Source: an uncultured Clostridia bacterium (GTDB taxonomy: Bacteria > Bacillota > Clostridia > TANB77 > CAG-508). From it: 64,000 nucleotides of DNA. The stretch lies in contig CALXPP010000002.1 of the NCBI GenBank assembly GCA_944390345.1, positions 26,060 through 90,059 on the forward strand. Direction: 5' to 3'. The number at the start of each line of letters is the position of its first letter. Within the stretch, counting starts at the first letter, position 1. The notes below the pieces were generated by a model that saw only the letters and a list, made by a program, of their open reading frames with translations, ran no database searches and was not told the DNA's origin. The position numbers and the translations under genes were made by a program. Below, piece by piece: positions 18,601 through 28,875 of this stretch.

Positions 18601-19497
18601 ATGATTGAAATAAGAAATTTAAGTAAATCTTATGGAAAAAAGAAAGTATTAGATAAATTGAACTGTAATATAAAAACAGGTTCAATTTACGGATTAATTG
18701 GAGCAAATGGAGCTGGAAAATCTACTTTACTTAGAATTATAAATGATGTATTTAAAAGAGATGAAGGCACAGTTTTAATTGATGATGTAGAAATAGAAGA
18801 TAATGAAGAATTAAAGCAAAGATTGGTATTTGTTCCAGATGATTTATACTTTTTTCCAGGATATACATTAAAAGAAATGGCAAAGTTTTATGAGGCTATG
18901 TACAAAAAATTTGATATGAAATACTTAGAAGAATTAGCTAAAATACTAAAACTAGATTTAAATGTGAAAATTCAGAATTTTTCAAAAGGAATGAAAAGAC
19001 AATGTAGCTTAATTTGTGCAATAGCTACAAATGCAGATTATATGTTTTTTGATGAAACTTTTGATGGACTAGATCCAGTAGTAAGAAACCTTATGAAGAA
19101 AATTTTAGCAAAGCAAATGGAAACGAAGACAACTACAATAATAATGACTAGCCATAATTTGAGAGAATTAGAAGATATATGTGATAATCTAGGATTATTA
19201 TATAAAGGAGGAATTTTATTTGAAAGTGAAGTAGATACTTTAAAAACAAATATTTTTAAAGTTCAAATATCTTTAAAAGATGATTTCTCAGAAAAAGATT
19301 TTGAAAAATTAAATATTCTAAATTTTAAGAAAACAGGTAGTGTTGCAACTATGATAGTAAAAGGTGAAAAGGGAGAATATGAAGACTATTTAAAGGAAAA
19401 ACATCCATTAATTTTAGACTTTTTAACTCTAACTTTGGAAGAAATTTTTATTTATGAAATGGAGGTATTAGGCTATGAATTTAACGAAGTTATTTAA
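18601..19497 (+). CDS. ABC transporter ATP-binding protein
   Basis: It has Walker A GANGAGKST, signature FSKGMKRQ, and Walker B YMFFDETFDGLD. Confidence 0.9.
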   Translation: MIEIRNLSKSYGKKKVLDKLNCNIKTGSIYGLIGANGAGKSTLLRIINDVFKRDEGTVLIDDVEIEDNEELKQRLVFVPDDLYFFPGYTLKEMAKFYEAMYKKFDMKYLEELAKILKLDLNVKIQNFSKGMKRQCSLICAIATNADYMFFDETFDGLDPVVRNLMKKILAKQMETKTTTIIMTSHNLRELEDICDNLGLLYKGGILFESEVDTLKTNIFKVQISLKDDFSEKDFEKLNILNFKKTGSVATMIVKGEKGEYEDYLKEKHPLILDFLTLTLEEIFIYEMEVLGYEFNEVI

Positions 19498-21553
19498 TAA
19501 AAATTATTTTATTCAAAACTTAAAAAAGTCTAAAACTTTACTAGGAATTACTATTTTAGCTGTTCCTGTTTTAACGGTATTAGTATTAATAAATTTATAT
19601 CTTACAGATGCTTGTAATATAGATTATGAAGAAACTACAAAAGCTTTTAATATTGTAAATATTTTAGGAATGTATATTATTCCTGTTGCAATTTCACAGA
19701 TATTGTTTGGATATATCTTTAAAAGAAAAAGTATAGATTTTATAGGTTCTATGCCTATTAATAGAAGAAATATTTTTTTAACAAATATTATAGGTGGAAT
19801 TTTATTAATTTTATTGATACAAATTTTAACTTTTATTGCTGCTTTAACTACTTTAACTATTTTAAATAATACAATTATAAATATTAAAATGTTAATAGAT
19901 TCTTTGATACTAGGAGTAGTTTCTTACATATTTGTTTTTTCTGCAACTAGTATAGGAATGGCAATTTCTGGAAATTTAATTACACAGATAGTAGTAACTT
20001 TATTAGTTTTATTTTTAGTTCCATTTACAACTGATGCTATAAGCGGGTTTGATACTTATGAGGAAGTAGAATTTGTTCAAAGCGGAATGGAAAATGTCTC
20101 AGTAAGTACAGAAGAACTTAAAGATTATACAATGCCTTATAATTACTTTAGAACTTTTATCTATGAAAATATAATGTTTACAAATAGTATAATTATAAAA
20201 ATGTTAATACTTAGTGTTATTTATATGTTTATAGCATATTTCTTATTTAAGAAAAGAAAAATGGAAAACACAGAGGAAGGTATTTCAAATACATTAGTAC
20301 ATTTTTTAATAAAGGGCTTAACTTTAGTTCCAATGATAGCTGTAGTGGTAGTTGTAGATGCACCGATTAAAACAATGATATTATTATTTGCAATTATATT
20401 TGTATACTATTATATATATGATATTTTTACAAATAAAAGAGTAAAGCTTAAAATAGAAATTCCAATATTTATATTAACATCAGTAGTTCTTTTTGGAACA
20501 CTATATTTTGTAAAAACCTTAAATGAAAAATCTGTAGAAGAATATGCAAGAGCAGATATAAAAAGTATAGGTATTGTAGAATTAGAAAATTATTATAATA
20601 GAGATAATTTTTTGACCTTAGAAGAAATAAATTATGAGATAACAGATGAAAAGGTTTTAGATATATTTTATAATGGATTAATAACGGGAAGAAGTAGTTC
20701 TTCTCAAGAATATTTAATTGGTGATTATATTTTTGTAAAAATTAATTTTAAAAATGGAAAAGAAATATTTACAGATGCATGCTTAGAAAAAAATAGTTAC
20801 AATAAAATATTAGAATATGTAGCTAATGATGAAGAATATATAAATAATTTAAACAAAGATTTAACAATAGAAAATACAAATGATTATTCAATAATTTATG
20901 ATAATCAAAAGCTAACAGGAAAAGATAAGGAAGAAATTATTAATTTAATAAATAAAAGCATAAAGAATAATTATAGAGAAAGAAACACTTATAGTGAAAA
21001 TTACTACGGAATTAAAATAATAGACTGTTTTTATTATAAAAATCATAGATTATATAATTTAAGAGTACCTGTAAATATAAGTGATGAGCTACAAGAATAC
21101 ACTATGAGCTTATCAAATAAAATAACTTTAGAAGTACTAACAAAATTAGAAAATAAAAAGGAAAATAAAGAAGATGTATATTACAATGTGTTAGAATATA
21201 AACCAGAAGAAACAGGATATACCTATTATGAGATGATTTACGATAGAAATGGAAATTTATTGAATTTTATAAAAAATGCAGATTTAACAGTTAGCAAAGA
21301 AAATGCTTATTATGAAATACTTATAAATATTTCTGGTGAAAATTATTATAGATATTGGTTTTATACTAATGCTATAGAAGATTTTATAGAAGCTATTGGT
21401 GGAGAAAATATTTTAATGAATAATGAAGTATTTACAGAAGATTTAAATACAGATGATTTAAACTTAATAACTTCTACAGTAGAAACATATCCAGAAAGTA
21501 TAGAAAATACAGCAGAACCAGTGATTGAAAACACAATAAAAACGAATAATTAG
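19475..21553 (+). CDS. ABC-transporter-associated polytopic membrane protein with a large C-terminal soluble domain
   Basis: 692 aa with multiple hydrophobic segments in the first ~350 aa, then an Asn/Tyr/Glu-rich ~330-aa domain. Its start overlaps the ATPase gene by 23 nt. The permease role is inferred from context. Confidence 0.6.
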   Translation: MNLTKLFNKNYFIQNLKKSKTLLGITILAVPVLTVLVLINLYLTDACNIDYEETTKAFNIVNILGMYIIPVAISQILFGYIFKRKSIDFIGSMPINRRNIFLTNIIGGILLILLIQILTFIAALTTLTILNNTIINIKMLIDSLILGVVSYIFVFSATSIGMAISGNLITQIVVTLLVLFLVPFTTDAISGFDTYEEVEFVQSGMENVSVSTEELKDYTMPYNYFRTFIYENIMFTNSIIIKMLILSVIYMFIAYFLFKKRKMENTEEGISNTLVHFLIKGLTLVPMIAVVVVVDAPIKTMILLFAIIFVYYYIYDIFTNKRVKLKIEIPIFILTSVVLFGTLYFVKTLNEKSVEEYARADIKSIGIVELENYYNRDNFLTLEEINYEITDEKVLDIFYNGLITGRSSSSQEYLIGDYIFVKINFKNGKEIFTDACLEKNSYNKILEYVANDEEYINNLNKDLTIENTNDYSIIYDNQKLTGKDKEEIINLINKSIKNNYRERNTYSENYYGIKIIDCFYYKNHRLYNLRVPVNISDELQEYTMSLSNKITLEVLTKLENKKENKEDVYYNVLEYKPEETGYTYYEMIYDRNGNLLNFIKNADLTVSKENAYYEILINISGENYYRYWFYTNAIEDFIEAIGGENILMNNEVFTEDLNTDDLNLITSTVETYPESIENTAEPVIENTIKTNN

Positions 21554-21568
21554 AGAGGAGTGATATGT

Positions 21569-21916
21569 ATGATTAATTTAGACTATCAAAGTAGAACTCC
21601 AATTTATGAACAAATAGTTGAACAAGTAGAAAGGTATGTAGCACTAGGAATTTTAAAACCAGAGGAACAAATACCTTCTGTAAGAGATATGGCAACAGAT
21701 TTAGGAATTAATCCAAATACTGTAAAAAAGGCATATACAGAACTTGAAAGAAGAGGAGTTACAGTAACTATTTCCACAAAAGGAACATTTATAGCTAGCA
21801 ATACTAAAAAAATAGTAGAAGATAAAATAGAAGAAAAATTAAAAAAAATAAGAAATCTAATAGAGGAAATAGAACAATTAGGATTAACAAAAGAGGAAAT
21901 AAAAAAGATGCTATAA
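21569..21916 (+). CDS. GntR-family (YtrA-subfamily-like) transcriptional regulator
   Basis: The short winged-helix regulator has PIYEQIVEQVERYVALGILKPEEQIPSVRDMATDLGINPNTVKKAYTELERRG. ATG 21569 lies 8 nt after GAGAGGAG. Confidence 0.8.
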   Translation: MINLDYQSRTPIYEQIVEQVERYVALGILKPEEQIPSVRDMATDLGINPNTVKKAYTELERRGVTVTISTKGTFIASNTKKIVEDKIEEKLKKIRNLIEEIEQLGLTKEEIKKML

Positions 21917-22042
21917 TAAAAAGAAAGTTTAGAGAAACTATCAAGATTTTGATAGTTTCTCTTTTAGTCAAATTCAAAAAAAATCTTGCAAAATTCTAAG
22001 AAAAATTATATAATTACACTAAATTTGAATTAGGTGGAGTTT

Positions 22043-22609
22043 ATGAATAAAACAAAGAGAAAAATTTTTGAAACCTCGATGAAGCTCTTTGCTGAAAAAG
22101 GTTATGATGCAACTAGTATAGAAGAAATAACTTCTGTAGTTGGAGTTGCTAAAGGAACTTTATATTATCACTTTTCAAGTAAAGAGGAAATTTTTAATTT
22201 TCTTGTAGAAGAGGGAATGAAGCTTTTAAAAAATAGTATAGAAATAAAAACTTCTAAATGTGAAACTACAATAGATAAGTTAAAAGCTATTTCTATTATT
22301 CAATTAAAAACTATTTATAAATATGAAAATATTATAACTATAGTTTTAAGTCAAATGTTTGGAACAGGTTCTAGAAATGTTTTTTGTAGAGAAAAAGTAA
22401 TAGAATATATAAATGTAATACAGAAGATAATAGAAGAAGGCTTAAAAAAAGGAGATATACGAGAATGCAATAGCTCAGTTATGGCAGCTCAAATATTTTC
22501 TTTAACTTGTACTAGTTTAATATATATTAGAAAAACTAAGCAAGAATTACAAATAAAAGAGTTAGAAAATGAATATGAACTAACATTTTTAAATTTGTTA
22601 GGAAAGTAA
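22043..22609 (+). CDS. TetR-family transcriptional regulator
   Basis: The N-terminal HTH is KIFETSMKLFAEKGYDATSIEEITSVVGVAKGTLYYHFSSKEEIF. ATG 22043 follows AGGTGGAG. Confidence 0.85.
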   Translation: MNKTKRKIFETSMKLFAEKGYDATSIEEITSVVGVAKGTLYYHFSSKEEIFNFLVEEGMKLLKNSIEIKTSKCETTIDKLKAISIIQLKTIYKYENIITIVLSQMFGTGSRNVFCREKVIEYINVIQKIIEEGLKKGDIRECNSSVMAAQIFSLTCTSLIYIRKTKQELQIKELENEYELTFLNLLGK

Positions 22610-22636
22610 CATATTATTTTAGAAGGGGAAGATAAA

Positions 22637-24373
22637 ATGGAAGAAAGAAAACATACTTGTACAAAAAAACTATATGAACCACAAAAATTTAACAATATAA
22701 AAGAAATTATAAACAATACACAAGAAAAATTTGGAAATAAACCAGCATTTAAAATGAAGACAGAAAAAGAAGGAGAATTTAAAGAAATTTCTTATAAAGA
22801 CTATATAGATGAGGTAAAAAGCTTAGGAACTGCACTTATAAGTATTGGCTTAAAAGATAAAAGAATAGGAGTTATAGGAGAAAACAGAAAAGAATGGCAA
22901 CTTAGTTATTTATCTATTGTTTGTGGCACAGGAATAGTAGTTCCTTTGGATAAAGCTTTGCCAGATAATGAAATTTTAAGTTTAGTAGAAAGATCTGAAA
23001 TAGAAGCTATTTTTTATTCTGAAAAGTATAATGATGTTATGCAAAAAATTAAAGATCAAAAAATAGGAAAAATTAAATTTTTTATTTCTATGGATGCAGA
23101 AGAAACTAAAGATGGAATTTATTCACAAAAAGAATTAGTAAGATTAGGAAAAGATTTATTAAAAAATGGTGCTAGAAGCTTTTTAGATGCAGAAATAGAT
23201 AACGAAAAGATGTCTATAATGTTATTTACTTCTGGAACTACATCAAAGTCTAAAGCTGTTGCTTTGTCACACAAGAATATATGTTCAAATATTTACGATA
23301 TATCAACAGTTTTTGATGTAAACGATAATGATACTCTTTTATCATTTTTACCATTACATCATACTTTTGAGTCTACAGTAGGATTTTTGTATCCAATAAG
23401 TGTAGGAGCATGTATAACTTTTTGTGAAGGTATAAGACATATAGCAGAAAATATAAAAGAATATAAAGTTAGTGTAATGATAGCAGTACCTATTTTATTT
23501 GAGAGTATGTATAAACAAATATGGAAAAATATAGATAAACAAGGAAAAACTCGAAAAGTAAAATTTGCAATGAAATTAAGTAATTTCTTACTAAAATTTG
23601 GAATAGATATTAGAAGAAAAATTTTTAAGGAGATTCACGAAAACTTAGGAGGAAAATTAAGATTATTTGTTGCTGGAGCTGCAGCTTTTAATCCAGAAGC
23701 AGAAAAAGGATTTAACAATTTTGGTGTAGAAACTTATCAAGGATATGGATTAACAGAAACATCACCAGTTGTTGCAGCAGAGCATAAAGAATGTGTAAGA
23801 GTAGGTTCAATAGGAAAGTTATTCCCAAGCTTTGAAGGAAAAATAGTAGATCCAAATGAACAGGGAATAGGTGAGCTTGTAGTAAAAGGTCCTTGTGTAA
23901 TGCTTGGATACCAAAATGATGTAGAAGCTACTGAAGAAGCAATAAAAGATGGTTGGTTCCACACAGGAGATTTAGCTTATTTTGATAAAGATGATTATAT
24001 ATTTATTACAGGAAGAAAAAAGAGTGTAATTGTTTTAAAAAATGGAAAAAATATTTATCCAGAAGAGCTAGAAGCTTTAATAAATGAAATTCCTGGAGTA
24101 AAAGAATCTTTTGTATATGGAAAATCAGATAATGAAGATAAAGATGATTTAAAAATCTGTGCTAAATTAGTATACGATAGAGAAATATTTGAAAAAGAAT
24201 TTGGTTTAAGCAAAGAAGAAGATATAAAAAATAAGTTATGGCAAGAAGTAAAAGCTATTAATAAAAAAATGCCAACTTACAAATATGTAAAAGAAATTAA
24301 AATTACGGAAGAAGAATTAATAAAAACAACAACTCTTAAAGTAAAGAGATTTGAAGAGATGAAAAAAGTATAA
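22637..24373 (+). CDS. AMP-dependent acyl-CoA synthetase (long-chain fatty-acid-CoA ligase-like)
   Basis: The AMP-binding motifs are LFTSGTTSKSKAV, YGLTETSP and TGDLAYFDKDDYIFITGRKK. Confidence 0.85.
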   Translation: MEERKHTCTKKLYEPQKFNNIKEIINNTQEKFGNKPAFKMKTEKEGEFKEISYKDYIDEVKSLGTALISIGLKDKRIGVIGENRKEWQLSYLSIVCGTGIVVPLDKALPDNEILSLVERSEIEAIFYSEKYNDVMQKIKDQKIGKIKFFISMDAEETKDGIYSQKELVRLGKDLLKNGARSFLDAEIDNEKMSIMLFTSGTTSKSKAVALSHKNICSNIYDISTVFDVNDNDTLLSFLPLHHTFESTVGFLYPISVGACITFCEGIRHIAENIKEYKVSVMIAVPILFESMYKQIWKNIDKQGKTRKVKFAMKLSNFLLKFGIDIRRKIFKEIHENLGGKLRLFVAGAAAFNPEAEKGFNNFGVETYQGYGLTETSPVVAAEHKECVRVGSIGKLFPSFEGKIVDPNEQGIGELVVKGPCVMLGYQNDVEATEEAIKDGWFHTGDLAYFDKDDYIFITGRKKSVIVLKNGKNIYPEELEALINEIPGVKESFVYGKSDNEDKDDLKICAKLVYDREIFEKEFGLSKEEDIKNKLWQEVKAINKKMPTYKYVKEIKITEEELIKTTTLKVKRFEEMKKV

Positions 24374-24520
24374 TAATTAATAAAATTATTTAATAAAAAG
24401 GTTTAGATTGAAAATTTCTAATACCTTTTTTTCTTTATGTAAAATAGACTAAAAAAAGCAATTTATAATAAATGTTTACAAAATGTAATGAAAATGTAAT
24501 AGAAAAAAGTCGAAAATCAC

Positions 24521-24549
24521 TTGAAATGAAAAGCAAAACAAAGTATAAT
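24521..24549 (+). promoter_or_regulatory. Sigma-A-type promoter
   Basis: TTGAAA (24521-24526), a 17-nt spacer, then TATAAT (24544-24549). Phased AATGT repeats lie just upstream. Confidence 0.55.
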
Positions 24550-24604
24550 TATTTTAGTATTGATAAAGTATTAGGGAAACAGTACGAAGGAGGTATGTTT
24601 ACAA

Positions 24605-25585
24605 ATGTCATTTTTTCATAAATCAGGCATAGTAAACGTGAAAATGGTAATCACGGAAGAAAAAATTTTATCTAATATAGATAAAGTTCAAAAGTTAATA
24701 AATCCAAATAGCAAGAAACAAATTGTTCAATTAGAAGATGATTCTTATTTTAAAGATTTAGTAGAATCAATCAAAACTTATCTTTTAGAATACCCTAAAA
24801 AGAAAAACTTTCCAAGAAGTGTTTATAAGGCAGCATACAATTTAGTAGAATATGCAACAAACCAATTTGAAGAAAACACAAAGAAGATTGAAGAACTAAT
24901 TCGTAAAAGAGAGAAGAATATTAAACTTGCCAGTGTTTTAAGAGATGCAACAGCAGCTGTAAAAGCAAGAGCAAAAAATTGGAAAGAAATAGTAAAAAAA
25001 TTACAAACTAAATATCCTGCAGATGTTGCAGAAGCTTTAAATATAATTGGGGGAACTAAAGATAAAGAATCTGATGAATATAAAGGTGCTTGCAAATTAA
25101 TAGATGCTAAAATAAATAATTTAGAAGCAAATTTACATATTGAAATAGATATGGAAAGAATTGAGGATAAATCAAAGGCTTTAAGTTATATAGGAATAGA
25201 AATTGCAGAAGCTTTAAAATATATACCAGCACCAATAGAAGAATTTGTTCAACAAGAAGAGCAGACTGTAAATGCTACTGTACAACCAGAAGAAGTAAAA
25301 GCTTCTAAAGTTCAAGAAATAGTAGTACCAAAAGAAGTAAAGGTTGAAACAAAGAAAGCAGAAGTTAAATCTGAAATTATTCCAGAAGTTGTTAAAGAGG
25401 AAGTTTCTCAAGCTCAAGCAGAAGAACAAGAAGCTTTTGTTCAAGAAACTAGATTTGAAACAAAACCTTCATTATGGCAAAGAATTAAAAACAGTAAATT
25501 TGTTAGAACTATTAAATATATAATGCAAATTAAAGTTGTTTTGGATTATCCTGCTTTACCAGAAGGTAGAGGAGACAATTTCTAA
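24605..25585 (+). CDS. Hypothetical protein with a Glu/Lys/Val-rich low-complexity region
   Basis: 326 aa with AGGAGG at 24589-24594. The low-complexity stretch is EEVKASKVQEIVVPKEVKVETKKAEVKSEIIPEVVKEEV. I recognised no family. Confidence 0.5.
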   Translation: MSFFHKSGIVNVKMVITEEKILSNIDKVQKLINPNSKKQIVQLEDDSYFKDLVESIKTYLLEYPKKKNFPRSVYKAAYNLVEYATNQFEENTKKIEELIRKREKNIKLASVLRDATAAVKARAKNWKEIVKKLQTKYPADVAEALNIIGGTKDKESDEYKGACKLIDAKINNLEANLHIEIDMERIEDKSKALSYIGIEIAEALKYIPAPIEEFVQQEEQTVNATVQPEEVKASKVQEIVVPKEVKVETKKAEVKSEIIPEVVKEEVSQAQAEEQEAFVQETRFETKPSLWQRIKNSKFVRTIKYIMQIKVVLDYPALPEGRGDNF

Positions 25586-25599
25586 TAGATAAATATTTT

Positions 25600-25627
25600 A
25601 GGAATGTAGAAATACATTCCTTTTTTG
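25600..25627 (+). terminator. Rho-independent terminator
   Basis: AGGAATGTA gaaa TACATTCCT followed by T6. Confidence 0.8.
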
Positions 25628-25699
25628 TTTTTTAGTGTAGCTATTTACTTTTTATAAACTTAATGATATATTTACAGAAAATGATTTTAGGAGGATAAT

Positions 25700-26557
25700 A
25701 TGACAGAAGCAGATAAAAATTTTATAGAAACTTGTAAAGAAATATTAAAACACGGATATTCTTCAGAAGGTACTAATGTTCGTACTAGGTGGGAAGATGG
25801 AACAGAAGCAAATTATATTTCTATAATAGGAGTTTCAAATAAATATGATGTTGGAAAAGAATTTCCAATGATAACTCTAAGAAATAATAGTGGAACAGTA
25901 AAAAGAGCAATAGATGAAGTTTTATGGATATGGCAAAAAAAGTCAAATAAAATTAGCGATTTAAATTCTCATATATGGGATCAATGGGCAAGAGAAGATG
26001 GAACTATTGGAAAAGCTTATGGATATCAAATGGGAAAAAAATATGAATTTAAAACAAAAGATGGAATAAAAGAAATGGATCAAGTAGATTTTGTGCTATA
26101 TTTGCTAAAAAATGATCCATCAAGCAGAAGAATTATGACAAATATCTTTAATCATGCAGAATTAAAAGATATGGCATTAGAACCTTGTGTATATGGTACA
26201 CAATGGCTAGTAAAGGAAAATAAATTACATTTAATATTAAATCAACGCTCTCAAGATATGTTAGCAGCAAATGGTTGGAATACTATGCAATATGCAGCTT
26301 TACAATGTATGTTTGCTCAAGTATCTGGATTAGAAGTTGGAACATTAACACACAATATTGGAGATTGTCATATATATGATAGACATATTCCTTTAGTAAA
26401 AAAATTAATAGAAGGAAAAACAATGAATGTATCTCCAAAATTAATAATAAATAATCCAACTAAGAATTTTTATGAATTTAAAGTTGAAGATTTTGAAATT
26501 GAGGGATACGAATATAACAAAGAAATGAAATTGGGAAAAATACCAGTAGCAGAATAA
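25700..26557 (+). CDS. thyA: Thymidylate synthase (B. subtilis ThyA-like type)
   Basis: The strings VLWIWQKKSN, IWDQWAREDGTIGKAYGYQ, DPSSRR, EPCVYGTQW, NQRSQD and IGDCHIY match thymidylate synthase. Confidence 0.9.
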   Translation: MTEADKNFIETCKEILKHGYSSEGTNVRTRWEDGTEANYISIIGVSNKYDVGKEFPMITLRNNSGTVKRAIDEVLWIWQKKSNKISDLNSHIWDQWAREDGTIGKAYGYQMGKKYEFKTKDGIKEMDQVDFVLYLLKNDPSSRRIMTNIFNHAELKDMALEPCVYGTQWLVKENKLHLILNQRSQDMLAANGWNTMQYAALQCMFAQVSGLEVGTLTHNIGDCHIYDRHIPLVKKLIEGKTMNVSPKLIINNPTKNFYEFKVEDFEIEGYEYNKEMKLGKIPVAE

Positions 26558-26567
26558 GGAGAAAAAA

Positions 26568-27062
26568 ATGTTAAGTATAATAGTAGCAAAAGCTAAAAAC
26601 AATATAATTGGAAAAAATAATAAACTTTTATGGTCTTTACCTGAAGATTTAAAAAGATTCAAAAAACTAACTACTGGACATACTATAATTATGGGAAGAA
26701 AAACTTTTGATTCACTTGGAAGAGTTTTACCAAATAGGAAGCATATTGTATTTACACAAAATCCAGATTTTAAAGTAGAAGATGAAAATGTAGAAATAGT
26801 ACATTCAATGCTTGAAATTAAGCAATATATAGATGATGAAAATGAAAATTTTGTAATTGGTGGAGCAATGATCTATAATTTACTTTTACCATATACAAAG
26901 AAAATGTATGTTACAGAGATAAATCAAGATTTTGAAGGAGATGCATTTTTTCCAAAAATTAATTTAGAAGACTGGAAGATAATAGAAAAAGAAAAAGGCA
27001 TAAAAAATGAGAAAAACAATTTAGAATATGAATATGTAACCTATGAAAGAATTGAAAAATAG
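26568..27062 (+). CDS. folA: Dihydrofolate reductase
   Basis: It has IIVAKAKNNIIGKNNKLLWSLPEDLKRFKKLTTGHTIIMGRKTFDSLG and sits immediately after thyA. Confidence 0.9.
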   Translation: MLSIIVAKAKNNIIGKNNKLLWSLPEDLKRFKKLTTGHTIIMGRKTFDSLGRVLPNRKHIVFTQNPDFKVEDENVEIVHSMLEIKQYIDDENENFVIGGAMIYNLLLPYTKKMYVTEINQDFEGDAFFPKINLEDWKIIEKEKGIKNEKNNLEYEYVTYERIEK

Positions 27063-27137
27063 ATATAAATTACAAAGTTATCTAATTCTTTAGATAACTT
27101 TGTAATGAAAATGAAATATAAATTTATGCATAAATAC

Positions 27138-27166
27138 TTGAATTTAGAAATATTATTAGGTATAAT
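27138..27166 (+). promoter_or_regulatory. Sigma-A-type promoter of tRNA-Asn
   Basis: TTGAAT, a 17-nt spacer, then TATAAT. The promoter lies about 40 nt upstream of the tRNA. Confidence 0.6.
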
Positions 27167-27207
27167 TTTAAAGAAGTTAGAAATACTAACAATATTAAAC
27201 TTAATAT

Positions 27208-27283
27208 TCCTCGTTAGCTCAGTCGGTAGAGCGTTCGGCTGTTAACCGAAATGTCGTAAGTTCGAGTCTTACACGAGGAGCCA
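27208..27283 (+). tRNA. tRNA-Asn (anticodon GUU), CCA encoded
   Basis: A cloverleaf can be read by hand. The acceptor stem is TCCTCGT/ACGAGGA, the D arm is GCTC..GAGC, the anticodon arm is TTCGG-CTGTTAA-CCGAA, and the T arm is GTAAG-TTCGAGT-CTTAC. The discriminator is G and the 3' end is CCA. A hairpin terminator follows at about 27290-27318. Confidence 0.92.
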
Positions 27284-27390
27284 TAAATAGCAGATAAGAA
27301 ATTATCTGTTATTTTTTTTGTTTACTAGTAATTTATTAGTAAATATTGTATAATTTTATATAAATATTAAAATTTGAAAGGAATAAAGAA

Positions 27391-28188
27391 ATGGATAATA
27401 AATTGGGAGAATATTTAGAGTTTGCAAAAGATATAGCTAAATATGCTGGAGAAATAATGATAAAGTACTTTAATCAAAGTAATGGAGCAAGCTACAAAGG
27501 AGATAAAACAATTGTAACTCTTGCAGATAAAGAAATAAATTCATATTTAATTAAAAAAGTGAAAGAAAAATATCCTACACATTCAGTAGATGGAGAAGAA
27601 GAACAATTTGGAAAAAGTGATTATGTTTGGGTATGTGATCCTGTAGATGGAACAGCAATGTATGCTAGACATATTCCAGTTGCTGTATTTTCATTAGCTT
27701 TAGTTATTAAAGGCATTACTATGGTTGGAGTAGTATTTGATCCATTTACAAATAGCTTATATACAGCTATAAAAGGAAATGGTGCATATAAAAATGGAGA
27801 GAAGATTTCAGTAAATAATTATGATTTAGAAGATATGCGAACTATATGTCACTATGATTTATGGGTAGGGGCAGATTATAATTTGTCTAGTATTTTAGAA
27901 GATTTAGGAAAAAAAGCCTATATCGTAGGTATAGGAAGTGTAATTAGAGCATGTATGTGTGTTGCTTCAGGAGATTTTACTCTTGCAATTTTTCCAGGTA
28001 CAAAACATAAAAACTGCGATATTGCAGCAGTAAAAGTTATAGTAGAAGAAGCTGGTGGAAAGGTTACAGATTTATTTGGAAATGAACAAAGATATGATGA
28101 GAGTATAAATGGAGCAGTTATTAGTAATAATAAAGTACACGAAGAAATAGTTGAAATAATAAATAAATATTTAAAAAACCGAAAATAA
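27391..28188 (+). CDS. Inositol monophosphatase family protein
   Basis: 265 aa containing the motif WVCDPVDGT and a C-terminal GG/GD region typical of IMPase/SuhB-like enzymes. Confidence 0.8.
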   Translation: MDNKLGEYLEFAKDIAKYAGEIMIKYFNQSNGASYKGDKTIVTLADKEINSYLIKKVKEKYPTHSVDGEEEQFGKSDYVWVCDPVDGTAMYARHIPVAVFSLALVIKGITMVGVVFDPFTNSLYTAIKGNGAYKNGEKISVNNYDLEDMRTICHYDLWVGADYNLSSILEDLGKKAYIVGIGSVIRACMCVASGDFTLAIFPGTKHKNCDIAAVKVIVEEAGGKVTDLFGNEQRYDESINGAVISNNKVHEEIVEIINKYLKNRK

Positions 28189-28256
28189 TTGCAAAAGAAT
28201 AAAAAAGCATTATTACTTTTTAGTAATGGTGCTTTTTTAAAATTAATTTATGATAT

Positions 28257-28730
28257 CTAAATTTTATTTTTAATTGCTAATAAAACTTCTTTAGGTAAAT
28301 ATTTTTCTGCATTTAAGCCATGTTCTAATAATTCTGTTACCATACTTGAACTTATAAATCCAAGTAATCCAGCTCGAATATATATGGTATCTATATCAGA
28401 GATTTCTTCATTTATTTGAGCTAAATTTTCTTCATAGCTATAATCCATATCATTTCTTAGGCCACGAATTAAAAAATTTGCATTATTTTCTAGTGCGGCA
28501 GAAACAGAAAGATTATTATACAAAACTACTTCTACATTTTTTAAATTCTCTGTTTCAAGAGTTTTTTCAATGGCTGTTTTCATTAGTACATTTGAAAATC
28601 GACGCTTTTTTTGTGAATTAATACCAATTCCAATAATTACCTTATCAAATAATTTAGCTGCTGTTTTTACAACATGCAAGTGACCATTAGTAAATGGATC
28701 AAAACTTCCAGGATAGAACCCAATTTTCAT
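28257..28730 (-). CDS. coaD: Phosphopantetheine adenylyltransferase
   Basis: It has MKIGFYPGSFDPFTNGHLHVV and ..ISSSMV.. Confidence 0.92.
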   Translation of the reverse strand: MKIGFYPGSFDPFTNGHLHVVKTAAKLFDKVIIGIGINSQKKRRFSNVLMKTAIEKTLETENLKNVEVVLYNNLSVSAALENNANFLIRGLRNDMDYSYEENLAQINEEISDIDTIYIRAGLLGFISSSMVTELLEHGLNAEKYLPKEVLLAIKNKI

Positions 28731-28875
28731 CTATAAACCTCCATTTATGTAAATGTAATACAAGTATAGCATATATTATTAAAAAAAACTATTAGAAAAA
28801 TAAATTATTTCATATATTGCTTTAAATTAATTTATAATATAAAATATAAATATATTATTTTAAGGAGGAGATTGA

